Origin: Raillietiella orientalis
Taxonomy: Eukaryota
DNA: 64,000 nt
NCBI GenBank assembly: GCA_036172245.1
Contig: JAYWIR010000038.1
Span: forward strand, 1 to 64,000
Direction of reading: 5' to 3'
Shown: in pieces, positions 11,165 to 23,085 of the stretch
Layout of the letters: the number at the start of each line of letters is the position of its first letter
How positions within the stretch are numbered: position 1 is the first letter of the stretch
The notes under the pieces: generated by a model
Seen by the model: the letters and a program-made list of their open reading frames with translations, nothing else
The model's database searches: none
What the model was told of the DNA's origin: nothing
Position numbers and translations under genes: made by a program

Positions 11165-13699
11165 TTTACCACTCGGTTGCGCCCCCGGGCGTTTATTCAA
11201 AAAAGAACAAACCATCTGGGAACCTAGGTTCCAAGACTGAAGTTCCACAGTGCAAAATGGCGCCCACTGAAAGCCGGAACGGGAGGGAGTGCACCACAAA
11301 TAGATACTAAAAAATACAAAAGAAGATATAAGAAGAAGGGGGAGGAGTTTTGGCTTCGGGCATTCCTTTGTTTCAGAACCGCTGCTGAATGCCGGCGATC
11401 TCCTTCCTTGCTCCTTCCTTGAGAAGAGTTCACCTAGCAACCCTCCTCATGCTGGCGGCTGCAATCCAGGTTTGGACTGCTCGCGACTCCCACAGGTGGC
11501 GGGCCATGACGATGGCCCGTATAACACAGATCGTTGCGATCACCGTGTCTGGTGAAAGGCAACACGCGTGAAAAAACGGCGCATGACATCGACAGTGATG
11601 TTCCCCTGGTGCAGAAGTGCTGTGGACAGCCTCCGTCACAATCTTTGAGGGCACCGTGGTCGAAGAGAGGGTGCAGAAGATGAACCTTCCAAAGTTCGGA
11701 AAGACTACCTGGGAAGTGCGCATTCGGCAGATGCCCGATGGCAGCGTCTTGCTCAAGCCGTTGACTCAGATCCTGGCCAACCACTTTAGGTCCGTATTCA
11801 AGGTGTTGATGAGCCGCCGTTGAGTGACCTTGGTCAGGTCTCCTCGCTTCGGAAGCAGTCTCATCCTGCTCTCCTGGAACGCCTCGGAAAGCCTCCGTTC
11901 TTCTTGGATGCGAAGCGTCGGTTCGTGAAACAACCGCAGGCAGGCGTGAAGATACCTCTGATAGTACAAAATTGGCACGCATTCCTTGCGTGCTTATCCT
12001 TGCGGCTCCGAAAACTGCAACCAGATCCTTACGGAGTCCTGCGAACACCTGCTTCACCTCTTCCATGGGGATTTCCTCTTACAGGGTTTCCTGCTGTCGC
12101 CGAGTGAGTCTCTTATGTAGGTGTCGAAGGAAAACCTCCCGCTGAGTTCTCCTTAGAGGGAGACTGAAATGCTGATGGAACGCCTCTGCGATTTCTGCCG
12201 ACGTCTGTCTTAGCTGGTCTATGCAGAAGACCTTCGTCTCCTTTCTTTTCCTGCACGCCTACTTCTCCTTTGACTTTGCGGAAGGCGTACCGGCTCTCTT
12301 AATGGTCCTAGTGCCTGAAGAGCAAGCGATTTTTGATGTTTTGCTCCCGGTACACTTCCTGCCTCATCCTCCTGCTTTTAAGTTTCTCATTGCGAAATAC
12401 GCGGATGGTGTGCTTCAACTTGTCCCAGTCGTCGACCCCGCGGATGTTGGTGTCCCGCAGGATCGTTTCCATCAGTTGCTGGTGACAAAAAAGCGTTTCG
12501 CACCAGGCGGGCGTGCAGATGAGCGCTGCCCCCGTGCATGCATTCTTCCAAGGATTTTCGGTTCTCAGTGTGAAACACAGCAGCTGGTGGTCCGGGAGCA
12601 GAGTCAAGCGTGTCTCGAAATCCCTGAACGCGGCTGTCGACTTCTTGACGGTGTTCGATCGTCATGTTGCTGGCCGTCAAACACAGCAGTCCGAAATCCT
12701 CGGAAAGCTATGAGACGAGAACTTTCCCTGGTATTCCTCGACTGGACCGTGATGCCCGCGATTTGAAGTCGTCCCACGACGGAAACGATGTCCTTTGATG
12801 CGGCGTCGCTGCGCAGGAGATCGCGCAGAGCCTCCGCACACCGATGCTTTTCCAGGTGGCGACGTACACTTTCACCAAGGATAGGTAAACAGCGCCGGAT
12901 TGGAACTCTGACGATGCGGACGGGCGAAGGAGACAAGGGCTCCAGGATGGTGTGAACGAAACTATTCCTCAAGAATATATGAGCGCCCTTGGTCTGTCTC
13001 TCTCTTGGGCTCACGAGCGGCCTGTTGTCCAGTTGCCGTTCAAGTTCGCAGCAGATTTGGTCGCTCGTCTCGTAAGTCTCTGAAAGGCAGATGATGTCGT
13101 CACGCTGGTGGGTGTGCATGATCCTTCTTCTCTTCTCCTGGTTACACATCGCATTCAGGTTCCAGGAGGAGATCTTGATGCTCCTGGAAAAATACAGGAA
13201 GAAAGCCATGAGCGATGTTTTTTTTTCTTAGCGTTTCCGTCTTTTGCTGCCTGGGAGACGCTGTAAGCTTCCTGGAAGCAGAGGTGTCCTCCTCCGTCTC
13301 GCTCTCCGACCCCATGTCGTCCGTGGTGTCTTCGGCGGAAATTTCTTTTCTGGAGCGTGGTCTCCGGCCAGCAGATTCTGCTGACCTCACAGGGAGATCG
13401 TTCTCACTCTCCCAAGCCGTGGTCCTGGATTTCTCCGCCTTCAGGACTTCCTCCCTTGGACTTCCATGTTGTCGATCACGACAGTGTAAAGGATTTCTTT
13501 CTGGATGGATGGTGTTGAGCAGCGCATTCATCGTGCTCTCCTCCGTGCATTTCTTCATCCCACTTGCCGCCGCTGCCCACACGTGTAGCCGTTGAAATTC
13601 ACAGAAAATGAGCACCCCATGTGCTGCCTTGTAGCGGTGGAAAACGGAATTTTCCTCACCAGCCACTCACCGGTTTCCGAAGGGCACATCTTTGAAGCG
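11165..13699 (-). mobile_element. Internally deleted, decayed Tx1/L1-like copy
   Basis: Endonuclease IKISSWNLNAM..DIICLSET (12604-13209), VDDWDKLK, and the RT N-terminus RMRLLPKRGDL..LNTDLKWLARI. The RT core is missing. The 3' end AATAAACGCCCGGGGGCGCAACCGAGTG is at 11170-11197 (minus). Confidence 0.8.
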
Positions 13700-16600
13700 G
13701 AAAAGAGGTGAAAGTCTGTGATTGGCTCACGCCTACAAAGATCGCTCGCTCAAGCCGTAGACAAAACTTGACAACCAGATGCCATATTTAATCTGGCACC
13801 GGAAAAACAGAGCTATCCTGGGATGGGTTAATGATGCGTGGAAAACGAGAGCGAGCCAGCGGAGGCCTATGATGTGTGCGCGCGCTGTAGATGGCCGCAT
13901 CCTGCCGCGGCCCCCCATTTACTCCACGGGTCACCTTTCTCTACGTGGTCAATCACGTACGAGAAGTCGGACGCACCTCCAAAGGCATAACGCGCTAAAG
14001 ACGCACACTCCACGCACGAAGTCGGCGTCTCCTTCGCAAGGACTATGCATTCTCCATTTCAAATGGCCTCGTGACTTTGAATTCTGGTGAAAAAGGCAGA
14101 AGATCAGAGGTGCCTCCTCCTCAATCATGAAGAGGGATGTCCGACCCGTTCCAAGGAAGTAGGTGAAGCATCAACCGCTTCAGTGTGGCAACCACACGCG
14201 CGAGCAGCCTCTGCAAGAAAGGCGAGAAAAGGTCATTCCTAAAAGCCGCCTTGGGCGGAATCGAAGCGGACGTCGAGGTGGAGAACAAAAGGATGCTGTG
14301 GGCAATACGCAACATGCGTGCTGCGTCGACCGCAAGGAGTGGCGGCTCTTTTTCGTTATCCAAACCTTGGAATGGACCGAATCCCTGACAGCATGCGTTT
14401 ATTTTGCATAACTCAGAAAAACTGCGTGCTCTTTTAATAGAAGCATTCCAAACAAATTCCAATCCGCTACGTGATTTTAGAAGTGCGTCAGCAGAGTTGT
14501 CATCAGTGCTTTCAAACTCCGAACGAACTTCCCAAAACATGGTGATCCTCAAATCCAAGACATTATCCATAGTAAGAATAATCCCTGGCTGTTGGTACTG
14601 CACGGCGGCGGAGCCGGGAAGGCCAAGGTAACAACTTAGTAGCAAGGCGAAGTTCATTGTCTTGGAAGTCTACTTCAACGGCATTCTTTCCTATAATCCT
14701 TGTTGAAAGATGCAATTGAAGACTTTTGGAAGGGACGAATATCAGATAGCACTTGTCCTTTATCTGCAAAAATCAAAGTCTCATGGAACTTTTCGGAAGA
14801 GAACATCGCACAGGAAGCGGAGTTTTCCACGCAACTAAGCGGATCCAATGCCGACCTCAAGCAAATCTTTTGAACATAGAAGAGCACCGCTTTTTCAGAA
14901 GAGAGCGAGAGCGCTGCGTGAATCAGAAGATAATCAGAACATCGAATCCTCTCAAAGGAAGGTCTGCACTTGCGCACAGCATCCGTTGCGCGCGAGCGCG
15001 GCGAACTGTTTCACTGCGCATGCGCGAGCGCAAGCAGCGAGAAAGAAATGGCGAATGCGAATGCCAAGGAGACTCATCCCAACTTCGCAGTTTCACGATG
15101 CTTTTCGGGAAAACCCACATCCCCGTTTGCGATATGTTGCATCGACATCAAAAGCTTTCCTGGAGTGACGCGACCTCCAGAAGGATGAGCTGGGAGTGAC
15201 GTCCACCTATTCCCAGGAGAACGCATGGTTGCCCTTTGCCCGCCGTTCTCCCACAACGCAACACACCCTGAATATCATGGGGAATAAATGGGAGCCCCTT
15301 CCGGGAAAGCACCAGATGTTCCTGCAGGCCCACCGCTGCTGTCTGCGGAAAATAGGTGCGGCTTCACCCAACGTGCCTGAGGGCCACTGAACAGCTCGAG
15401 CTGTAGAGCCTCACACTCGGTGAAATCCAGAAAATACTTCGTGGGAAAAATGCATCGCAAAATTCGGGCTACTGAGGCTGAGGAGATGCGGAACGGTGGA
15501 CAAGAGCTCAAGCGGTTGAAACCAGCTGTGGTTCTGGTTGCAGTTTCTTCCCGTGGTCCATGACACCGCCAGCGCTCCCTCAGACAAATTCACCCAAGAA
15601 GTTGACCGGTCATTCATGAGATCGGGGCTGCGAGTTTGAGGACTCGAATCAGGGACACGGGGATTCCCCCGTTCGCTCAGGTCCCCTGCACCCGTAAGCG
15701 GTCGAAGCGATTCAGAGGCCGATTTAACAAGACCGCCACACAAAAGAAAAAAGGAATAAGCGTTACCTTGAAGTGGTAGCTCCAGAAATCCAACCAGATT
15801 TCGTATTTTTCTGTAATCGCCACGTGCACGACGGGATTCTTTCTCGGTGTGCAGTTGATCTGGAATGGAATTTTCTACAGTGAATAGTCAAAGGTCATTG
15901 GAGACCAACTTGTTGCAACCCAGATTGGCTTTTTTTTGATCTGGGGTCCAATATAGTGGCCAAAACCCTCACAAATTTTTCGGGAGCCTCAGCCAAGAAG
16001 GTGTCCAATTTAAGGTGAGCCGTGATGCCTTTTGATGTATGTGTCACCTTCCTGTCTACTTCTATGCTGAGGCTGGAAGCAGAGGAGCAAATGAGAATCT
16101 GATGGGTGTAAGTAAGTCATTTAGCCATCTCTATGGTAAGCGCTCCCCTATCAGGGAAAAAAGGGGTCCCCGAGGGGCGCCGGCTGCCTTCTAGGAGAGG
16201 ATACGCGCACGTGAGGAATCTTTCGCGGCTACCGAAAAGTGTCTGCTCGTGCACAAATTGGAAATCTCCTTCGACAGAGAATGCTAATGTGTGTGATGCG
16301 TGCTCAGACTAAAGGTGAGTACCATGTAGAGAAAAGGGGGAATGAGTTCATTCGGTGGTAAATGCAGAAAGTGCTGCCGTGCGCATTTGCCCTACAGTAG
16401 GGCCATTTCATTGGAAAAGTCGCGAGGAAAAGAATCTCACCTGTGAGCTTTGAAAGAATAGGTTTTCTGGTCCTTACCACCAATGAGCTTCATGGAGGCA
16501 CTCCACTTTGACGAGTATGATTTTCCTGAATTCAGAATAAGCCATCCACCTTCTTCTCTGCAATTGCCGTTAGGACACCTCGATCAACCGACCAGAGGGT

Positions 16601-18899
16601 GTTCTCACCTATTCAGCGCCACGAACATCTTCAAAGAAGGAAGCTGTTGTTGTTGAATGATTTTCTTGAGGTAGAGCTTGTTAATGGGGAAAGAACCAAA
16701 GTAAGGTTGAAGATTAGGGATGGGGTTGTTTCCTTGGGGTTCATAACTTGAAAGAACTCTCATCGGAACAGTCGGGGGAAAAAGGGAAGATATGATACGA
16801 TCATCAGTAAACATCTAAAATGAAATTCAGAACGGTGGTCATCTGCAAGTTGCAAAATTCTCGAGGAGTTTAAAAAGCTTTCACGAACACGCTTTCCTCT
16901 TGGATTCCAAACTATTCCTCGAGTAAGATGCAGTCAAATCCATGCATCCGTCGGAGTGCGCACAAAACCCTTTCGGTGTTTTTGGATTTACGTTCGCATT
17001 CCGCTTTTTCAGCTGGTAGAGGAAGGAACGCTCTCCAGCCCATGGCTACCGAGTTCACTTGCCACCGGGGAAAACCAGGAAGAAAAACGCCACACTCTCA
17101 GGAAGGTGCTTCTGCTCTTCGTGCACACACAAACCGCGCATAGTCATTCCAAAGGAATGGAAATACAGAGCATCAGAACTCGACGTCGTCAATGACGGCT
17201 ACTCTGCAGCTGGACCCATTCCCGTGAGATCGACTTCTCCGATAATGACCCTCAACCTGGAAAAATCGATTGCCTGGAGTGTGTCATTCCCGACGAAAGA
17301 CTGGTGTTCCGTCCCAAAAACCTTCGTTTTGTCCACTTTCTGGAAGTTAAAGGTTTTGGAATTCACGTTGCTGAATTTGGTACGATTCTCTGCAATGGAA
17401 AGGAGAACATGGAAAGTGCAGTCGTGCGCGCCAGGGTCACTTACTGCAATACGGAGTTGGGCAGCAGGAGCTCAACGTGACCACACTCGAGTACATTCCA
17501 GCATCGAGGGAAAAGGGAAGGAGAACCTTCGGAGTTCCCAAATTCGCATTCAGGAAGTAGAAGTCCTGTATTCTGGGAGTGTGAGAGACCCAGAAGGGAT
17601 GCACTCACCTGATGGAAATAAAGAGGAAACAATTCTTCCTTATTCGGCGATGTTGCCGCCCTAGGGAAATACGAGGGGGGGAGAGTCAAAAACAACGAAA
17701 CTCCCGCATCCTTACCAGGCAACGGCTATCAACGTGGAAAAGAATGCTCTGAACGTCCACATGTGGATGCCGAATCGACGCTCTGCGGCGCAAACAAAGA
17801 TTAGGAGCGATCCCCTCTCGGCTGTGTGCTTCCTCGGGGCACGCATCGTGCATTTATAGAGAAAAAACGGAGCATCTACGGGATAAACTTCCAAGATCTT
17901 TGCATCTGTTTCAACAGTTTTGGGTTGTGAATGTCACCTTTCTTCCCGAACTGGGATGTAGTCATGAAAGAGATTGAATGATGCATCATCAAGTAGGGAC
18001 TTCACTTCTTCGTTGCCCTCATGCGCCGCACCTCTATAGCTATCAATCACTCTTGGGGAGATGATGAGAGTCCCGATAGTTGTTTTGCTTCCGGGAGCAC
18101 TTCACCTTGCCCTCTCGTGCGACACTCCGCCGTAAAGCTGAAAATTGTTCAGGAGGGGGCCGCAAAGCTCAGTGGCACGGAAAGTAAGGACTTTTCCCCG
18201 CTGTTCCATCACTGTGTTGTTGTCTTACGTCTGTCTTACGCAGAAGACGGCGGGCTCTGAAAAGCTGCCTTTCTGTCGCAAGGGCAAGGAGACGGCTTTT
18301 GTTTTGGAGATGTTCGCAGCCGCTCTCGGGTCGCAGCCATGCTGCTGCACTTTGAAAGCAAATCTAAGAAGTAGAAATCCAGCCAAGAACTCGAGCGAAG
18401 GGATCTCCTGTTGCTTCCGTACTTCGGAAGTGGGGAGACATGGTGTTCTTTGTCTCTGCGGCCGTTCCCATCAACGATCGCCGTCTTGATCTCGCAAGCA
18501 GCCTTGACGTGCTAACGCTCCTGCTTCAGAGCGTCCCGCCCGATCCATTAAGGCCGAGCAAGCGTGGATGACCATCTCTCTCTTCCTTGTATCAGTCGCT
18601 CAGATGCCTCTTGCTGAACCCTGGAAAAAAGAATGGATTCGCGTTTCTTCGGCGCCCCATCCGTTCCGTGTCTATCTCCTTCTCAGTAGGGTAACCAAAA
18701 GCACCAACCATTTTTTCGGATTCGAAGGCTTTGAAGTTTTCTTTCTTTTGACAGGCGGGAACCGTTATACTTGTCTGCTGTGGAGGGTACCGGCTAAGGA
18801 GTATCTCTCCTGGTTCTCGCATCCCGGAAGCGACGGCTGCTAGCGTTCAGAAGCGCTTAATTCGGCAGGAATGCAAGCTGCACCAAAGCGCCCTTCTTT

Positions 18900-20480
18900 T
18901 GCTCTCCCTCTTTCTCTCTCTCGTCTCCAGTCCCCATGGTAACAGGCTGTCCAAATTTCATGCGAAACTGTGGCTGCTGCTCTCGCGAAAAATGACTGGT
19001 CCCTGGTTCCTTATTCATAAATGCCTGCTGCCAGCCATCCCTCGAATACACATCTGCGTCGGCAGCCGAAGCAAAGCCTCTGACAGAGGGTTAAACTGCG
19101 AAGAGCCTCAGCAGACAGTGCGTCTGGGAGTGTAGGAATGGAAACAGCGGCGCGCGTGTAAATCTTCCGAGTTGCGTCATAGGTTCTGCAAAGCCAGAGT
19201 AGGGATTCAGACCCGATTTCCACCCGGAGATGCATAGTCCTTCTGTCGGACTTTTGGGTTTCCCTCGAGGCTGTGACCGTGAGACCGACGTGCCTTCACA
19301 GAAAGTTATGGGCTTCGCAAGCTATCCGAAACTCTGCTCCGGAGGCACAGTTGACCGCAATTTCGAAAAGTCACAGACGGAATGGCGATTCTGACCGACT
19401 TCATTGGTGATGCTTGCAGGAGAGGCTGTCTCGGCTCCAAGAAACCTCGCTCGCGGCAGGGGGCAAGGCAACGCTGGGGCGCAGGCGCAAAGTGGAGCGA
19501 CCAGATAGCGTTTCCGACACCGGCACGTCCTCCTTCGCCACCCGTAACGGGCATACGCGCAGGAAGATCCGTTCGCCAAAAGGTGAGGTCACGAAAGAGT
19601 TTCCACTTGACCGTAGCAAGGCGTTGGCTCCAGGTCGGACAACGGAAATCTATGGAAAACCTATTCCCCTCTCAATTCCGCAGGGGTCGCGGAGTAGGCC
19701 CTTTATGAGGAGCGCTGTGGAGCGCGGATAGAAGGCACGGTAGAGAAACGAGAACGATCGTCACCATGGTGAGGGAGGGAGGGATAAGAAATCAGTACCG
19801 GTAGCGCCGCTTGTTATGCACCTTATGCAAGGTAGCCGCGAGCTCCTTTTTTTGCATCCCATCGGAACGCCTATTTTGACAGAGGGGGCTCGTTGCCAGG
19901 GGAGTGGCTTTCCTGAAGCTGCGCTCTCCGTCCACTGTGCTGCATGCAGCAATGATGGTGCTCAGGCCTCAGAGCGCTCCTGTTTTGTCGCTATCAATTG
20001 ATTCTGACGTAGTTTTCGAGGATGGAAAGAGCTGTGGGAATACGTGACAAAAGTATGTTCAAAGTGACGTTAGGCACTGTAAGGGAAACAAGGGATTCCG
20101 CTTCCAGACTCCATGAGAAAGTTTCCGTCGAAGGTGGGAATGAAAGACCATGCGGTCAATGATGACAGGTGAACCGCATTTCCTACACGAGACGACGGCC
20201 TCGAAGGCACGAAATTAAAGCTGGCAGATGTGGTGTCTACCCGCGCGCGAAATCCACAGGCGCGTATTCGGTTGCCAGGCTGTAGCGTGGTTGCTGCCTC
20301 GCAATTGCGACCTCACGAAGGCTCCAATGTTGCCACCGTGGTAGATCGACGATTCTTTGAGAAAACAGGAGCAGCAAGTGGATCTCCTGGTTCCCCGCAG
20401 AACCCGACGTCCGGTGGCGGTGGCACCAGCATCAGCAACTTGAACTCTGACGCGGATTTCATGCGTACCGTTGGTCACCT
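18900..20480 (-). pseudogene. Decayed LINE ORF2 relic
   Basis: Endonuclease-like THEIRV..RRSTCCSCFLKE at 20350-20478. Bases 20230-20340 resemble 36594-36705 at DNA level. GNSFVTSPF..LRVCP and NAIWS..CLAPCRERG match the post-RT region of ORF2. Confidence 0.5.
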
Positions 20481-22204
20481 GGGTTTGTACGGTTTCCTAG
20501 AAGGAAATGGTGGGTGGCGAAAAGAATGGCACCCGTGCAATTACTGTCACCTTTCTAGTCTTAAAGGCGTCTTCTCTACGGAAGGAGATGAGAGGTTAAC
20601 AATCGACACCTCGGCCCGATGGTCCCATGGTGTTTGCAGTGCTCAGCGTCGTTCCTTGCTCTGGTGCTGCTTATTCTCAAACAGACGATGGAGCTCGCGA
20701 TTATTCCTCTGTGGAGGGAGGAGCATTGAAAGAGCGTTAGTGTATCAAATCAGCACTTAGAGGGACGTTAGCATTTGAATAGCTTCTGCTATTGCATATG
20801 TGGAAGAGCCGTCCATAGGGATGTCATCTGCTGGCAGACCTATACTGTGATGGCGGAGGAGTGCTGTTTGTATTTGGGATAAAGGGCATAGCTCTCCTTG
20901 TGTTTGGTACATATTCTCGTGACATGCTGGCAGTGGGAAGGTAGACAGTCAGCACCAAGTGAGGTGGCACTTCGTGAACCCATTCTGCTCTGCGTGCTGA
21001 GCTTGGACACTTTGCAGCGCAGTCTGCTCCGGCGCAGCTGGTATAGCCTGTTGAGCCTCATGTCGCATTTCGGCTTCATTGGCACTTTGTCCAGTGATGA
21101 CTGGAATGCAATCAAAGCTGGGGATTCGAGGAGTCATCCGCCTGCTCCGTTGCTTTTTTCGTTCGACGTAGCGCACGAAAACGGTGCCGGCTGCGGACTC
21201 GGCGCAACCTGGATTATCAGGTCTTGCCCGTGAGGAGGAGAAGGGCACGTTACGGTCAGCACAGAGTCATGGGGGCTGTCTGCATGGTCTAGGCAGGGGC
21301 AGCTGTCCGTTCGGCGCCGGGCTGTCGTGTGCCAACAGCTCAATGTCAGCCTGGGGTAATGAGGATAGTCGTACCACAGACTCAGCTCTGAGGCGCGGAT
21401 CACCCATATATATCGCAGCAATGGAGGAAAGCACTGGGAGGTAGGAGCTCGAGTCCGCCTGTGTGACATGCGCGGATGCCCCCAACAGAAGCAGGGGAAA
21501 GTATTCATCCAGGAGGGAACGTGCAGGCGGTCTGGTGATGGGCTGCCGACACGGGGTCTACCATGATGGGCGCCTTCCACGCGTGCTGGGCGCACATCGC
21601 GAGCTTATGCTGGCTGAGAGACTTAATGCACTTCGGGTGCAGAGGGTCTCCTCCACTGGCTGGTCCGCTTTCTTCGTGGCATGCTCAGTGTCGGCGTCCT
21701 CCAGACATCCATCTGTGTCGTGCAGAGGTGGGTGGCGGGGAGTCACCGGATGAGGACTATTAGCGATTGATGAGTCCTCCATAATGTCCTGCAGAGCTTC
21801 GCAGGCTCCGCCTTTGGAGTCGGTGTTTGCATGCCTCCACCTGAAAAGCTGCTTTAAGAGGTGAGGTCTATCAAATGATGCACGGCATTGCGAGCAACGG
21901 GCACGTGGTGCAGGGAGGATGGGGGGCCATGTGACCGGCAGAAATGAGGAGAGAAGGAATTTCAACGCTTAACATTAGACATGATGTGCTAATGTTAATG
22001 ATAAGGTTAATGCCAAGGTTAATCAGGATCTTGGCAAAAATTTTAAAACATGTTTTAGCCAAAGTAGCATTCGTACTTCTCAACGAAAAGATCATGTATC
22101 GTACCTCAGCCTATTTTCTACTATTGTACAACAACTAGAGAAGCGTATATCCTTGAAAATCCAGGAAGAAAATAACCCGGTCAATCCCTGATAGAATAAT
22201 AAAA

Positions 22205-22486
22205 AACTTCTTTTGCCTCATCTGCATTCGTTTTGGCACCAAAACTTCCTTTATGCGCAGCCTGACCACCAATTCGCCTTTCACCTTTTGGCTTTTTCTG
22301 TTTCGTTTCGAGCTGGGAATTGACGAGTCGTTGAGTTTAAACTTAGTCTTTCCTTCAATTTAGGGTTTTCGATCCTCGGAGCTTTGTTTTTTGCTTCTAA
22401 CCTTTCTACTTCTACTTTCAGCCTTTTCGTTTTCGCTCCTAATTCTTCTACTTTTTACTGTCGCAAAGTTCGAAAAAGCCAACCAT
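22205..22486 (-). pseudogene. IS66-family transposase (TnpC) N-terminal fragment
   Basis: GAGGTGGT precedes the ATG at 22486. Frameshifted translation: MVGFFELC / VEELGAKTKRLKVEVERLEAKNKAPRIENPKLKERLSLNS / SSIPSSK / KPKGERRIGGQAAHKGSFGAKTNADE. This matches the IS66 coiled coil + NSS.P.S + GGQ.GH.G signature. Confidence 0.8.
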
Positions 22487-22559
22487 ACCACCTCACATTT
22501 TCCCCAGGATTGCCTTTTCAGATCACCCTGGCTGGCTGCCTCGCTTTGTCACTTTGCTT

Positions 22560-22720
22560 TCAAGAAACTCCTCCGATCAATGCTTCTTTTTCTATAATGG
22601 AAAAGTTTATTCCTCGTTTGATAGACTCCGTCCGTCCTGGGCTGAACGGATACCGTGGAAAGGGAAAACTTCACTCTTCGACTTTTTCGTCGTTGGCTTT
22701 GATTTGAAGCGCAGATATTT
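22560..22720 (-). pseudogene. Possible bacterial GNAT (RimJ/RimL-type) acetyltransferase fragment
   Basis: ALQIKANDEKVEE*SFPFPRYP...GINFSIIEKEALIGGV resembles the AN..V....P.PY / FAI.....LIG pattern. The match is weak. Confidence 0.35.
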
Positions 22721-22809
22721 GGCTAATTCATGCGCAGACAGCAAGATAAACGCCTTGTGCAAGCTTTTTTCCGTTCTTTTCTACATGCACACAGAGGGAT
22801 CACCAAAAA

Positions 22810-23085
22810 CTGCTGATGTATTGCCATTTTCAATGCAGAGGTTACCAGAGGTTGCAGGAGCAGCTTTGCAGCATTACTTGCACGAGTTGCATTTCCAGTT
22901 GTTCCCAAGTTTACATCTTTGGCCCAATACAGGTCCGCAATTCAATTTTGTTGTACTCCGTTCTTTACAAGTGTATTTTTCCTGCCAGTTATTCCTTCTC
23001 CATCAAATGGCCTTGATTCTCTGCCCCCTGGTAGCGATGGGTCATCAATGATGTTGATTTTATCCTTGAATATCTGAGTATTGGT
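22810..23085 (-). pseudogene. pmbA: PmbA/TldE metalloprotease-family fragment of bacterial type
   Basis: QIFKDKINIIDDPSLPGGRESRPFDGEGITGRKNTLVKNGVQQN*IADLYWAKDVNLGTTGNATRASNAA / PATSGNLCIENGNTS carries the hallmark DDP..S.PFD.EG...NG, TGNA and N..IENG motifs. One stop and one frameshift. Confidence 0.85.

Noticed and set aside
18930..18943. Good X-box match GTCCCCATGGTAAC (another at about 52231 inside a NAV exon)
   Set aside because: Isolated, with no adjacent gene start. Such matches arise by chance.
22942..22944. TGA at a conserved Trp position in pmbA as evidence of genetic code 4
   Set aside because: A nearby frameshift and the decayed neighbours indicate pseudogenisation (TGG to TGA).
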